Below are positions 28,592 to 43,412 of a DNA stretch of 64,000 bases, one piece after another. The stretch's first letter is position 1. Each line of letters begins with the position of its first letter. The DNA is from Paragordius varius (Eukaryota > Animalia > Nematomorpha). The stretch spans positions 1,488,001-1,552,000 of the forward strand of contig OZ176050.1 in NCBI GenBank assembly GCA_964247055.1. The letters run 5' to 3'. The translations under genes were made by a program, and so were the position numbers. The notes below the pieces were generated by a model. That model saw nothing but the letters and a program-made list of their open reading frames with translations, was not told the DNA's origin and did not search any database.

Positions 28592-31500
28592 TTAAACATT
28601 GTCCTTAAAAATCGGATATTGGTCACCGGTGAACAAAACTATTTTTTATACATTCTCTTAGTAAGACTACATCAAAATATAGAGATAGTTTGAAAAACTC
28701 GTTCACATCCGATTTTTACAACGATACTTTAAAAATTAATGTATAAAACTAGTCGTATCAATAAATCGCAATACTCAAGTTTAACTTTGTCCTTAAAAAT
28801 CGGATATTGGTCACCGGTGAACAAAATTATTTTTTATACATTCTCTTAGTAGGACTACATCAAAATATAGAGATAGTTTGGCAAACTCTTTCATATCCAA
28901 TTTTTACAACGATACTTTAAAAATTAATGTATAAAACTAGTCGTATCAATAAATCGCATCAATACTCAAGTTAAACTTTGTCCTTAAAAATCGGATATTG
29001 GTCACCGGTGAACAAAATTATTTTTTATACATTCTCTTAGCAAGACTACATCAAAATATAGAGATAGTTTGACAAACTCTTTTATATCCGATTTTTACAA
29101 CGATACTTTAAAAATTATGGTATTAAACCAGTCGCATCAATACTCAAGTTAAACTTTGTCCTTAAAAATCGGATATTGGTCACCGGTGAACAAAATTATT
29201 TTTTATACATTCTCTTAGTAAGACTACATCAAAATATAGAGATAGTTTGACAAACTCTTTCACATCCGATTTTTACAACGATACTTTAAAAATTAATGTA
29301 TAAAACTAGTCGTATCAATAAATCGCATCAATACTCAAGTTAAACTTTGTCCTTAAAAATCGGATATTGGTCACCGGTGAACAAAATTATTTTTTATACA
29401 TTCTCTTAGTAGGACTACATCAAAATTTAGAGATAGTTTGGCAAACTCTTTCATATCCGATTTTGACAACGATACTTTAAAAATTATGGTATTAAACCAG
29501 TCGTATCAATACTCAAGTTAAACTTTGTCCTTAAAAATCGGATATTGGTCACCGGTGAACAAAATTATTTTATATACATTCTCTTGGTAAGACTACATCA
29601 AAATATAGAGATAGTTTGGCAAACTCTTTCATATCCAATTTTTACAACGATACTTTAAAAATTAATGTATAAAACTAGTCGCATCAATACTCAAGTTAAA
29701 CATTGTCCTTAAAAATCGGATATTGGTCACCGGTGAACAAAACTATTTTTTATACATTCTCTTAGTAAGACTACATCAAAATATAGAGATAGTTTGACAA
29801 ACAATTTCACATCCGACTTTTACAACGATACTTTAAAAATTAATGTATAAAACTAGTCGTATCAATAAATCGCATCAATACTCAAGTTAAACTTTGTCCT
29901 TAAAAATCGGATATTGGTCACCGGTGAACAAAATTATTTTTTATACATTCTCTTAGTAGGACTACATCAAAATATAGAGATAGTTTGGCAAACTCTTTCA
30001 TATCCAATTTTTACAACGATACTTTAAAAGTTAATGTATAAAACTAGTCGCATCAATACTCAAGTTAAACTTTGTCCTTAAAAATCTTATATTGGTCACC
30101 GGTGAACAAATTATTTATAATACATTCTCTTAGTAAGACTACATCAAAATATAGAGATAGTTTGAAAAACTCGTTCACATCCGATTTTTACAACGATACT
30201 TTAAAAATTAATGTATAAAACTAGTCGTATCAATAAATCGCATCAATACTCAAGTTAAATTTTGTCCTTAAAAATCGGATATTGGTCACCGGTGAACAAA
30301 ATTATTTTATATACATTCTCTTAGTAAGACTACATCAAAATATAGAGATAGTTTGACAAACTCTCTTATATCCGATTTTTACAACGATACTTTAAAAATT
30401 AATGTATTAAACTAGTCGCATCAATACTCAAGCTAAACATTGTCCTTAAAAATCGGATATTGGTCACCGGTGAACAAAACTATTTTTTATACATTCTCTT
30501 AGTAAGACTACATCAAAATATAGAGATAGTTTGACAAACTCTCTCATATCCGATTTTTACAACGATACTTTAAAAATTAATGTATAAAACTAGTCGCATC
30601 AATACTCAAGCTAAACATTGTCCTTAAAAATCGGATATTGGTCACCGGTGAACAAAATTATTTTTTATAAATTCTCTTAGTAGGACTACATCAAAATATA
30701 GAGATAGTTTGGCAAACTCTTTCATAATCGATTTTTACAACGATACTTTAAAAATTAATGTATAAAACTAGACGCATCAATACTCAAGTTAAACATTGTC
30801 CTTAAAAATCGGATATTGGTGACCGGTGAACAAAACTATTTTTTATACATTCTCTTAGTAAGATTACATCAAAATATAGAGATAGTTTGACAAACTCTCT
30901 CATATCCGTATTTTACAACGATACTTTAAAAATTAATGTATAAAACTAGTCGCATCAATACTCAAGCTAAACATTGTCCTTAAAAATCGGATATTGGTCA
31001 CCGGTGAACAAAATTATTTTTTATACATTCTCTTAGTAGGACTACATCAAAATATAGAGATAATTTGGCAAACTCTTTCATAATCGATTTTTACAACGAT
31101 ACTTTAAAAATTAATGTATAAAACTAGACGCATCAATACTCAAGTTAAACTTTGTCCTTAAAAATCGGATATTGCTCACCGGTGAACAAAATTATTTTTT
31201 ATACATTCTCTTAGTAAGACTATATCATAATATAGAAATAGTTTGACAAATTCTTTCATATCCGATTTTTACAATGATACTTTAAAAATTAATGTATTAA
31301 ACTAGTCGCATCAATACTCAAGCTAAACATTGTCCTTAAAAATCGGATATTGGTCACCGGTGAACAAAACTCTTTTTTATACATTCTCTTAGTAAGACTA
31401 CATCAAAATATAGAGATAGTTTGACAAACTCTCTCATATCCGATTTTTACAACGATACTTTAAAAATTAATGTATAAAACTAATCGCATCAATACTCAAG

Positions 31501-34500
31501 CTAAACATTGTCCTTAAAAATCGGATATTGGTCACCGGTGAACAAAATTATTTTTTATACATTCTCTTAGTAGGACTACATCAAAATATAGAGATAGTTT
31601 GACAAACTCTCTCATATCCGATTTTTACAACGATACTTTAAAAATTAATGTATAAAACTAGTCGCATCAATACTCAAGCTAAACATTGTCCTTAAAAATC
31701 GGATATTGGTCACCGGTGAACAAAACTATTTTTTATACATTCTCTTAGTAAGAATACATCAAAATATAGAAATAGTTTGACAAACTCTTTCACATCCGAT
31801 TTTTACAACGATACCTTCAAAATTAATGTATAAAACTAGTCGTATCAATAAATCGCATCAATACTCAAGTTAAACTTTGTCCTTAAATTTCGGATATTGG
31901 TCACCGGTGAACAAAATTATTTTTTATACATTCTCTTAGTAGGACTACATCAAAATATAGAGATAGTTTGGCAAACTCTTTCATAATCGATTTTTACAAC
32001 GATACTTTAAAAATCAATGTATAAAACTAGACGCATCAATACTCAAGTTAAACTTTGTCCATAAAAATCGGATATTGCTCACCGGTGAACAAAATTATTT
32101 TTTATACATTCTCTTAGTAAGACTACATCAAAATATAGAAATAGTTTGACAAATTCTTTCATATCCGATTTTTACAACGATACTTTAAAAATTAATGTAT
32201 TAAACTAGTCGCATCAATACTCAAGCTAAATATTGTCCTTAAAAATCGGATATTGGTCACCGGTGAACAAAACTATTTTTTATACATTCTCTTAGTAAGA
32301 CTACATCAAAATATAGAAATAGTTTGACAAACTCTTTCACATCCGATTTTTACAACGATACTTTAAAAATTAATGTATAAAACTAGTCGTATCAATAAAT
32401 CGCATCAATACTCAAGTTAAACTTTGTCCTTAAAAATCGGATATTGGTCACCGGTGAACAAAATTATTTTTTATACATTCTCTTAGTAAGACTACATCAA
32501 AATATAGAGATAGTTTGACAAACTCTCTCATATCCGATTTTTACAACGATACTTTAAAAATTAATGTATAAAACTAGTCGCATCAATACTCAAGCTAAAC
32601 ATTGTCCTTAAAAATCGGATATTGGTCACCGGTGAACAAAATTATTTTTTATACATTCTCTTAGTAGGACTACATCAAAATATAGAGATAGTTTGACAAA
32701 CTCTCTCATATCCGATTTTTACAACGATACTTTAAAAATTAATGTATAAAACTAGTCGCATCAATACTCAAGCTAAACATTGTCCTTAAAAATCGGATAT
32801 TGGTCACCGGTGAACAAAACTATTTTTTATACATTCTCTTAGTAAGAATACATCAAAATATAGAAATAGTTTGACAAACTCTTTCACATCCGATTTTTAC
32901 AACGATACCTTCAAAATTAATGTATAAAACTAGTCGTATCAATAAATCGCATCAATACTCAAGTTAAACTTTGTCCTTAAAAATCGGATATTGGTCACCG
33001 GTGAACAAAATTATTTTTTATACATTCTCTTAGTAGGACTACATCAAAATATAGAGATAGTTTGGCAAACTCTTTCATAATCGATTTTTACAACGATACT
33101 TTAAAAATCAATGTATAAAACTAGACGCATCAATACTCAAGTTAAACTTTGTCCATAAAAATCGGATATTGCTCACCGGTGAACAAAATTATTTTTTATA
33201 CATTCTCTTAGTAAGACTACATCAAAATATAGAAATAGTTTGACAAATTCTTTCATATCCGATTTTTACAACGATACTTTAAAAATTAATGTATTAAACT
33301 AGTCGCATCAATACTCAAGCTAAATATTGTCCTTAAAAATCGGATATTGGTCACCGGTGAACAAAACTATTTTTTATACATTCTCTTAGTAAGACTACAT
33401 CAAAATATAGAAATAGTTTGACAAACTCTTTCACATCCGATTTTTACAACGATACTTTAAAAATTAATGTATAAAACTAGTCGTATCAATAAATCGCATC
33501 AATACTCAAGTTAAACTTTGTCCTTAAAAATCGGATATTGGTCACCGGTGAACAAAATTATTTTTTATACATTGTCTTAGTAAGACTACATCAAAATAGA
33601 GAAATAGTTTGACAAATTCTTTCATATCCGATTTTTACAACGATACTTTAAAAATTAATGTATAAAACTAGTCGTATAAATAAATCGCATCAATACTCAA
33701 GTTAAACTTTGTCCTTAAAAATCGGATATTGGTCACCGGTGAACATAATTATTTTTTATACATTCTCTTAGCAAGACTACATCAAAATATAGAGATAGTT
33801 TGACAAACTCTTTTATATCCGATTTTTACAACGATACTTTAAAAATTATGGTATTAAACCAGTCGCATCAATACTCAAGTTAAACTTTGTCCTTAAAAAT
33901 CGGATATTGGTCACCGGTGAACAAAACTATTTTTTATACATTCTCTTAGTAAGACTACATCAAAATATAGAGATAGTTTGACAAACTCTTTCACATCCGA
34001 TTTTTACAACGATACTTTAAAAATTAATGTATAAAACTAGTCGTATCAATAAATCGCATCAATACTCAAGTTAAACTTTGTCCATAAAAATCGGATATTG
34101 GTCACCGGTGAACAAAATTATTTTTTATACATTCTCTTAGTAGGACTACATCAAAATATAGAGATAGTTTGGCAAACTCTTTCATATCCGATTTTTACAA
34201 CGATACTTTAAAAATTATGGTATTAAACCAGTCGTATCAATACTCAAGTTAAACTTTGTCCTTAAAAATCGGATATTGGTCACCGGTGAACAAAATTATT
34301 TTATATACATTCTCTTGGTAAGACTTAATCAAAATATAGAGATAGTTTGGCAAACTCTTTCATATCCAATACAACGATACTTTAAAAATTAATGTATAAA
34401 ACTAGTCGCATCAATACTCAAGTTAAACATTGTCCTTAAAAATCGGATATTGGTCACCGGTGAACAAAACTATTTTTTATACATTCTCTTAGTAAGACTA

Positions 34501-35947
34501 CATCAAAATATAGAGATAGTTTGAAAAACTCGTTCACATCCGATTTTTACAACGATACTTTAAAAATTAATGTATAAAACTAGTCGTATCAATAAATCGC
34601 AATACTCAAGTTTAACTTTGTCCTTAAAAATCGGATATTGGTCACCGGTGAACAAAATTATTTTTTATACATTCTCTTAGTAGGACTACATCAAAATATA
34701 GAGATAGTTTGGCAAACTCTTTCATATCCAATTTTTACAACGATACTTTAAAAATTAATGTATAAAACTAGTCGTATCAATAAATCGCATCAATACTCAA
34801 GTTAAACTTTGTCCTTAAAAATCGGATATTGGTCACCGGTGAACAAAATTATTTTTTATACATTCTCTTAGCAAGACTACATCAAAATATAGAGATAGTT
34901 TGACAAACTCTTTTATATCCGATTTTTACAACGATACTTTAAAAATTATGGTATTAAACCAGTCGCATCAATACTCAAGTTAAACTTTGTCCTTAAAAAT
35001 CGGATATTGGTCACCGGTGAACAAAATTATTTTTTATACATTCTCTTAGTAAGACTACATCAAAATATAGAGATAGTTTGACAAACTCTTTCACATCCGA
35101 TTTTTACAACGATACTTTAAAAATTAATGTATAAAACTAGTCGTATCAATAAATCGCATCAATACTCAAGTTAAACTTTGTCCTTAAAAATCGGATATTG
35201 GTCACCGGTGAACAAAATTATTTTTTATACATTCTCTTAGTAGGACTACATCAAAATTTAGAGATAGTTTGGCCAACTCTTTCATATCCGATTTTGACAA
35301 CGATACTTTAAAAATTATGGTATTAAACCAGTCGTATCAATACTCAAGTTAAACTTTGTCCTTAAAAATCGGATATTGGTCACCGGTGAACAAAATTATT
35401 TTATATACATTCTCTTGGTAAGACTACATCAAAATATAGAGATAGTTTGGCAAACTCTTTCATATCCAATTTTTACAACGATACTTTATAAATTAATGTA
35501 TAAAACTAGTCGCATCAATACTCAAGTTAAACATTGTCCTTAAAAATCGGATATTGGTCACCGGTGAACAAAACTATTTTTTATACATTCTCTTAGTAAG
35601 ACTACATCAAAATATAGAGATAGTTTGACAAACAATTTCACATCCGACTTTTACAACGATACTTTAAAAATTAATGTATAAAACTAGTCGTATCAATAAA
35701 TCGCATCAATACTCAAGTTAAACTTTGTCCTTAAAAATCGGATATTGGTCACCGGTGAACAAAATTATTTTTTATACATTCTCTTAGTAGGACTACATCA
35801 AAATATAGAGATAGTTTGGCAAACTCTTTCATATCCAATTTTTACAACGATACTTTAAAAGTTAATGTATAAAACTAGTCGCATCAATACTCAAGTTAAA
35901 CTTTGTCCTTAAAAATCTTATATTGGTCACCGGTGAACAAATTATTT
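28195..35947 (+). repeat. About 1.9-kb block duplicated at 5831-bp offset
   Basis: CTTAATC is at 28493/34324 and CTTATATTGG at 30086/35917. Copies run about 28195-30116 and 34026-35947. Confidence 0.85.
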
Positions 35948-38900
35948 TTTATACATTCTCTTAGTAAGACTACATCAAAATATAGAGATAGTTTGAAAAA
36001 CTCGTTCACATCCGATTTTTACAACGATACTTTAAAAATTAATGTATAAAACTAGTCGTATCAATAAATCGCAATACTCAAGTTTAACTTTGTCCTTAAA
36101 AATCGGATATTGGTCACCGGTGAACAAAATTATTTTTTATACATTCTCTTAGTAGGACTACATCAAAATATAGAGATAGTTTGGCAAACTCTTTCATATC
36201 CAATTTTTACAACGATACTTTAAAAATTAATGTATAAAACTAGTCGTATCAATAAATCGCATCAATACTCAAGTTAAACTTTGTCCTTAAAAATCGGATA
36301 TTGGTCACCGGTGAACAAAATTATTTTTTATACATTCTCTTAGCAAGACTACATCAAAATATAGAGATAGTTTGACAAACTCTTTTATATCCGATTTTTA
36401 CAACGATACTTTAAAAATTATGGTATTAAACTAGTCGTATCAATAAATCGCATCAATACTCAAGTTAAACTTTGTCCTTAAAAATCGGATATTGGTCACC
36501 GGTGAACAAAATTATTTTTTATACATTCTCTTAGTAGGACTACATCAAAATATAGAGATAGTTTGGCAAACTCTTTCATAATCGATTTTTACAACGATAC
36601 TTTAAAAATCAATGTATAAAACTAGACGCATCAATACTCAAGTTAAACTTTGTCCATAAAAATCGGATATTGCTCACCGGTGAACAAAATTATTTTTTAT
36701 ACATTCTCTTAGTAAGACTACATCAAAATATAGAAATAGTTTGACAAATTCTTTCATATCCGATTTTTACAACGATACTTTAAAAATTAATGTATTAAAC
36801 TAGTCGCATCAATACTCAAGCTAAATATTGTCCTTAAAAATCGGATATTGGTCACCGGTGAACAAAACTATTTTTTATACATTCTCTTAGTAAGACTACA
36901 TCAAAATATAGAAATAGTTTGACAAACTCTTTCACATCCGATTTTTACAACGATACTTTAAAAATTAATGTATAAAACTAGTCGTATCAATAAATCGCAT
37001 CAATACTCAAGTTAAACTTTGTCCTTAAAAATCGGATATTGGTCACCGGTGAACAAAATTATTTTTTATACATTGTCTTAGTAAGACTACATCAAAATAG
37101 AGAAATAGTTTGACAAATTCTTTCATATCCGATTTTTACAACGATACTTTAAAAATTAATGTATAAAACTAGTCGTATAAATAAATCGCATCAATACTCA
37201 AGTTAAACTTTGTCCTTAAAAATCGGATATTGGTCACCGGTGAACATAATTATTTTTTATACATTCTCTTAGCAAGACTACATCAAAATATAGAGATAGT
37301 TTGACAAACTCTTTTATATCCGATTTTTACAACGATACTTTAAAAATTATGGTATTAAACCAGTCGCATCAATACTCAAGTTAAACTTTGTCCTTAAAAA
37401 TCGGATATTGGTCACCGGTGAACAAAACTATTTTTTATACATTCTCTTAGTAAGACTACATCAAAATATAGAGATAGTTTGACAAACTCTTTCACATCCG
37501 ATTTTTACAACGATACTTTAAAAATTAATGTATAAAACTAGTCGTATCAATAAATCGCATCAATACTCAAGTTAAACTTTGTCCATAAAAATCGGATATT
37601 GGTCACCGGTGAACAAAATTATTTTTTATACATTCTCTTAGTAGGACTACATCAAAATATAGAGATAGTTTGGCAAACTCTTTCATATCCGATTTTTACA
37701 ACGATACTTTAAAAATTATGGTATTAAACCAGTCGTATCAATACTCAAGTTAAACTTTGTCCTTAAAAATCGGATATTGGTCACCGGTGAACAAAATTAT
37801 TTTATATACATTCTCTTGGTAAGACTTAATCAAAATATAGAGATAGTTTGGCAAACTCTTTCATATCCAATACAACGATACTTTAAAAATTAATGTATAA
37901 AACTAGTCGCATCAATACTCAAGTTAAACATTGTCCTTAAAAATCGGATATTGGTCACCGGTGAACAAAACTATTTTTTATACATTCTCTTAGTAAGACA
38001 ACATCAAAATATAGAGATAGTTTGAAAAACTCGTTCACATCCGATTTTTACAACGATACTTTAAAAATTAATGTATAAAACTAGTCGTATCAATAAATCG
38101 CAATACTCAAGTTTAACTTTGTCCTTAAAAATCGGATATTGGTCACCGGTGAACAAAATTATTTTTTATACATTCTCTTAGTAGGACTACATCAAAATAT
38201 AGAGATAGTTTGGCAAACTCTTTCATATCCAATTTTTACAACGATACTTTAAAAATTAATGTATAAAACTAGTCGTATCAATAAATCGCATCAATACTCA
38301 AGTTAAACTTTGTCCTTAAAAATCGGATATTGGTCACCGGTGAACAAAATTATTTTTTATACATTCTCTTAGCAAGACTACATCAAAATATAGAGATAGT
38401 TTGACAAACTCTTTTATATCCGATTTTTACAACGATACTTTAAAAATTATGGTATTAAACCAGTCGCATCAATACTCAAGTTAAACTTTGTCCTTAAAAA
38501 TCGGATATTGGTCACCGGTGAACAAAACTATTTTTTATACATTCTCTTAGTAAGACTACATCAAAATATAGAGATAGTTTGACAAACTCTTTCACATCCG
38601 ATTTTTACAACGATACTTTAAAAATTAATGTATAAAACTAGTCGTATCAATAAATCGCATCAATACTCAAGTTAAACTTTGTCCTTAAAAATCGGATATT
38701 GGTCACCGGTGAACAAAATTATTTTTTATACATTCTCTTAGTAGGACTACATCAAAATTTAGAGATAGTTTGGCAAACTCTTTCATATCCGATTTTGACA
38801 ACGATACTTTAAAAATTATGGTATTAAACCAGTCGTATCAATACTCAAGTTAAACTTTGTCCTTAAAAATCGGATATTGGTCACCGGTGAACAAAATTAT

Positions 38901-39440
38901 TTTATATACATTCTCTTGGTAAGACTACATCAAAATATAGAGATAGTTTGGCAAACTCTTTCATATCCAATTTTTACAACGATACTTTAAAAATTAATGT
39001 ATAAAACTAGTCGCATCAATACTCAAGTTAAACATTGTCCTTAAAAATCGGATATTGGTCACCGGTGAACAAAACTATTTTTTATACATTCTCTTAGTAA
39101 GACTACATCAAAATATAGAGATAGTTTGACAAACAATTTCACATCCGACTTTTACAACGATACTTTAAAAATTAATGTATAAAACTAGTCGTATCAATAA
39201 ATCGCATCAATACTCAAGTTAAACTTTGTCCTTAAAAATCGGATATTGGTCACCGGTGAACAAAATTATTTTTTATACATTCTCTTAGTAGGACTACATC
39301 AAAATATAGAGATAGTTTGGCAAACTCTTTCATATCCAATTTTTACAACGATACTTTAAAAGTTAATGTATAAAACTAGTCGCATCAATACTCAAGTTAA
39401 ACTTTGTCCTTAAAAATCTTATATTGGTCACCGGTGAACA
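32930..39440 (+). repeat. 19-mer tandem duplication (offset 3501 bp)
   Basis: ATTGTCTTAG...AATAGAGAAAT is at 33571/37072, GAACATAATT at 33741/37242, CTTAATC at 34324/37825 and CTTATATT at 35917/39418. The length equals 19x178 + 8x13 + 2x10 - 5. Confidence 0.88.
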
Positions 39441-41259
39441 AATTATTTTTTATACATTCTCTTAGCAAGACTACATCAAAATATAGAGATAGTTTGACAA
39501 ACTCTTTCATATCCGATTTTTACAACGATACTTTAAAAATTATGGTATTAAACCAGTCGCATCAATACTCAAGTTAAACTTTGTCCTTAAAAATCGGATA
39601 TTGGTCACCGGTGAACAAATTATTTTTTATACATTCTCTTAGCAAGACTACATCAAAATATAGAGATAGTTTGACAAACTCTTTCACATCCGATTTTTAC
39701 AACGATACTTTAAAAATTAATGTATAAAACTAGTCGTATCAATACTCAAGTTAAACTTTGTCCTTAAAAATCGGATATTGGTCACCGGTGAACAAAACTA
39801 TTTTTTATACATTCTCTTAGTAAGACTACATCAAAATATAGAAATAGTTTGACAAACTCTTTCACATCCGATTTTTACAACGATACTTTAAAAATTAATG
39901 TATAAAACTAGTCGTATCAATAAATCGCATCAATACTCAAGTTAAACTTTGTCCTTAAAAATCGGATATTGGTCACCGGTGAACAAATTATTTTTTATAC
40001 ATTCTCTTAGCAAGACTACATCAAAATATAGAGATAGTTTGGCAAACTCTTTCATATCCAATTTTTACAACGATACTTTAAAAATTAAGGTATAAAACTA
40101 GTCGCATCAATACTCAAGTTAAACTTTGTCCTTAAAAATCGGATATTGGTCACCGGTGAACAAATTATTTTTTATACATTCTCTTAGCAAGACTACATCA
40201 AAATATAGAGATAGTTTGACAAACTCTTTCATATCCGATTTTTACAACGATACTTTAAAAATTATGGTATTAAACCAGTCGCATCAATACTCAAGTTAAA
40301 CTTTGTCCTTAAAAATCGGATATTGGTCACCGGTGAACAAAACTATTTTTTATACAATCTCTTAGTAAGACTACATCAAAATATAGAAATAGTTTGACAA
40401 ACTCTTTCACATCCGATTTTTACAACGATACTTTAAAAATTAATGTATAAAACTAGTCGTATCAATAAATCGCATCAATACTCAAGTTAAACTTTGTCCT
40501 TAAAAATCGGATATTGGTCACCGGTGATTAAAAATTATTTTTTATACATTCTCTTAGTAGGACTACATCAAAATATAGAGATAGTTATACAAACTCTTTC
40601 ATATCCAATTTTTACAACGATACTTTAAAAATTAATGTATAAAACTAGTCGCATCAATACTCAAGTTAAACTTTGTCCTTAAAAATCGGATATTGGTCAC
40701 CGGTGAACAAATTATTTTTTATACATTCTCTTAGCAAGACTACATCAAAATATAGAGATAGTTTGGCAAACTCTTTCATATCCAATTTTTACAAAGATAC
40801 TTTAAAAATTAAGGTATAAAACTAGTCGCATCAATACTCAAGTTAAACTTTGTCCTTAAAAATCGGATATTGGTCACCGGTGAACAAATTATTTTTTATA
40901 CATTCTCTTAGCAAGACTACATCAAAATATAGAGATAGTTTGACAAACTCTTTCATATCCGATTTTTACAACGATACTTTAAAAATTATGGTATTAAACC
41001 AGTCGCATCAATACTCAAGTTAAACTTTGTCCTTAAAAATCGGATATTGGTCACCGGTGAACAAAACTATTTTTTATACAATCTCTTAGTAAGACTACAT
41101 CAAAATATAGAAATAGTTTGACAAACTCTTTCACATCCGATTTTTACAACGATACTTTAAAAATTAATGTATAAAACTAGTCGTATCAATAAATCGCATC
41201 AATACTCAAGTTAAACTTTGTCCTTAAAAATCGGATATTGGTCACCGGTGAACAAAATT

Positions 41260-43412
41260 ATTTTTTATACAACTCTTAGTAGGACTACATCAAAATATAG
41301 AGATAGTTTGACAAATTCTTTCACATCCGATTTTTACAACGATACTTTAAAAATTATGGTATTAAACCAGTCGCATCAATACTCAAGTTAAACTTTGTCC
41401 TTAAAAATCGGATATTGGTCACCGGTTAACTATTTTTTATACATTCTCTTGTAAGACTACATCAAAATATAGAGATAGTTTGACAAACTCTTTCACATCC
41501 GATTTTTACAACGATACTTTAAAAATTAATGTATAAAACTAGTCGTATCAATAAATCGCATCAATAGTCAAGTTAAACTTTGTCCTTAAAAATCTGATAT
41601 TGGTCACCGGTGAACAAAATTATTTTTTATACATTCTCTTAGTAGGACTACATCAAAATATAGAGATAGTTTGGCAAACTCTTTCATATCCGATTTTTAC
41701 AACGATACTTTAAAAATTAATGTATAAAACTAGTCGCATCAATACTCAAGTTAAACTTTGTCCTTAAAAATCGGATATTGGTCACCGGTGAACAAAATTA
41801 TTTTTTATACATTCTCTTAGTAAGACTACATCAAAATATAGAAATAGTTTGACAAACTTTTTCATATCCGATTTTTACAACGATACTTTAAAAATTATGG
41901 TATTAAACCAGTCGTATCAATACTCAAGTTAAACTTTGTCCTTAAAAATCGGATATTGGTCACCGGTGAACAGAATTATTTTATATACATTCTCTTAGTA
42001 AGACTACATCAAAATATAGAGATAGTTTGACAAACTCTTTCATATCCGATTTTTACAACGATACTTTAAAAATTAATGTATTAAACTAGTCGCATCAATA
42101 CTCAAGCTAAACATTGTCCTTAAAAATCGGATATTGGTCACCGGTGATTAAAAATTATTTTTTATACATTCTCTTAGTAGGACTACATCAAAATATAGAG
42201 ATAGTTATACAAACTCTTTCATATCCAATTTTTACAACGATACTTTAAAAATTAATGTATAAAACTAGTCGCATCAATACTCAAGTTAAACTTTGTCCTT
42301 AAAAATCGGATATTGGTCACCGGTGAACAAATTATTTTTTATACATTCTCTTAGTAAGACTACATCAAAATATAGAAATAGTTTGACAAACTCTTTCACA
42401 TCCGATTTTTACAACGATACTTTAAAAATTAATGTATAAAACTAGTCGTATCAATAAATCGCATCAATACTCAAGTTAAACTTTGTCCTTAAAAATCGGA
42501 TATTGGTCACCGGTGAACAAAATTATTTTTTATACAACTCTTAGTAGGACTACATCAAAATATAGAGATAGTTTGACAAATTCTTTCACATCCGATTTTT
42601 ACAACGATACTTTAAAAATTATGGTATTAAACCAGTCGCATCAATACTCAAGTTAAACTTTGTCCTTAAAAATCGGATATTGGTCACCGGTTAACTATTT
42701 TTTATACATTCTCTTGTAAGACTACATCAAAATATAGAGATAGTTTGACAAACTCTTTCACATCCGATTTTTACAACGATACTTTAAAAATTAATGTATA
42801 AAACTAGTCGTATCAATAAATCGCATCAATAGTCAAGTTAAACTTTGTCCTTAAAAATCTGATATTGGTCACCGGTGAACAAAATTATTTTTTATACATT
42901 CTCTTAGTAGGACTACATCAAAATATAGAGATAGTTTGGCAAACTCTTTCATATCCGATTTTTACAACGATACTTTAAAAATTAATGTATAAAACTAGTC
43001 GCATCAATACTCAAGTTAAACTTTGTCCTTAAAAATCGGATATTGGTCACCGGTGAACAAAATTATTTTTTATACATTCTCTTAGTAAGACTACATCAAA
43101 ATATAGAAATAGTTTGACAAACTTTTTCATATCCGATTTTTACAACGATACTTTAAAAATTATGGTATTAAACCAGTCGTATCAATACTCAAGTTAAACT
43201 TTGTCCTTAAAAATCGGATATTGGTCACCGGTGAACAGAATTATTTTATATACATTCTCTTAGTAAGACTACATCAAAATATAGAGATAGTTTGACAAAC
43301 TCTTTCATATCCGATTTTTACAACGATACTTTAAAAATTAATGTATTAAACTAGTCGCATCAATACTCAAGCTAAACATTGTCCTTAAAAATCGGATATT
43401 GGTCACCGGTGA
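41260..43412 (+). repeat. 7-mer offset duplication (1265 bp)
   Basis: GGTTAACTA is at 41424/42689. CAATAGTCAAG, AATCTGATAT and CAGAATT repeat in the same order. Confidence 0.85.

Larger units (their letters stand above)
22590..33597 (+). repeat. About 3.4-kb block duplicated at 7627-bp offset
   Basis: TAAATTCTC is at 23041/30668, GGTGACCGG at 23191/30818, GTATTTTACA at 23281/30908, GACTATATCATAAT at 23591/31218 and TACATTGTC at 25941/33568. Copies run about 22590-25970 and 30217-33597. Confidence 0.9.
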
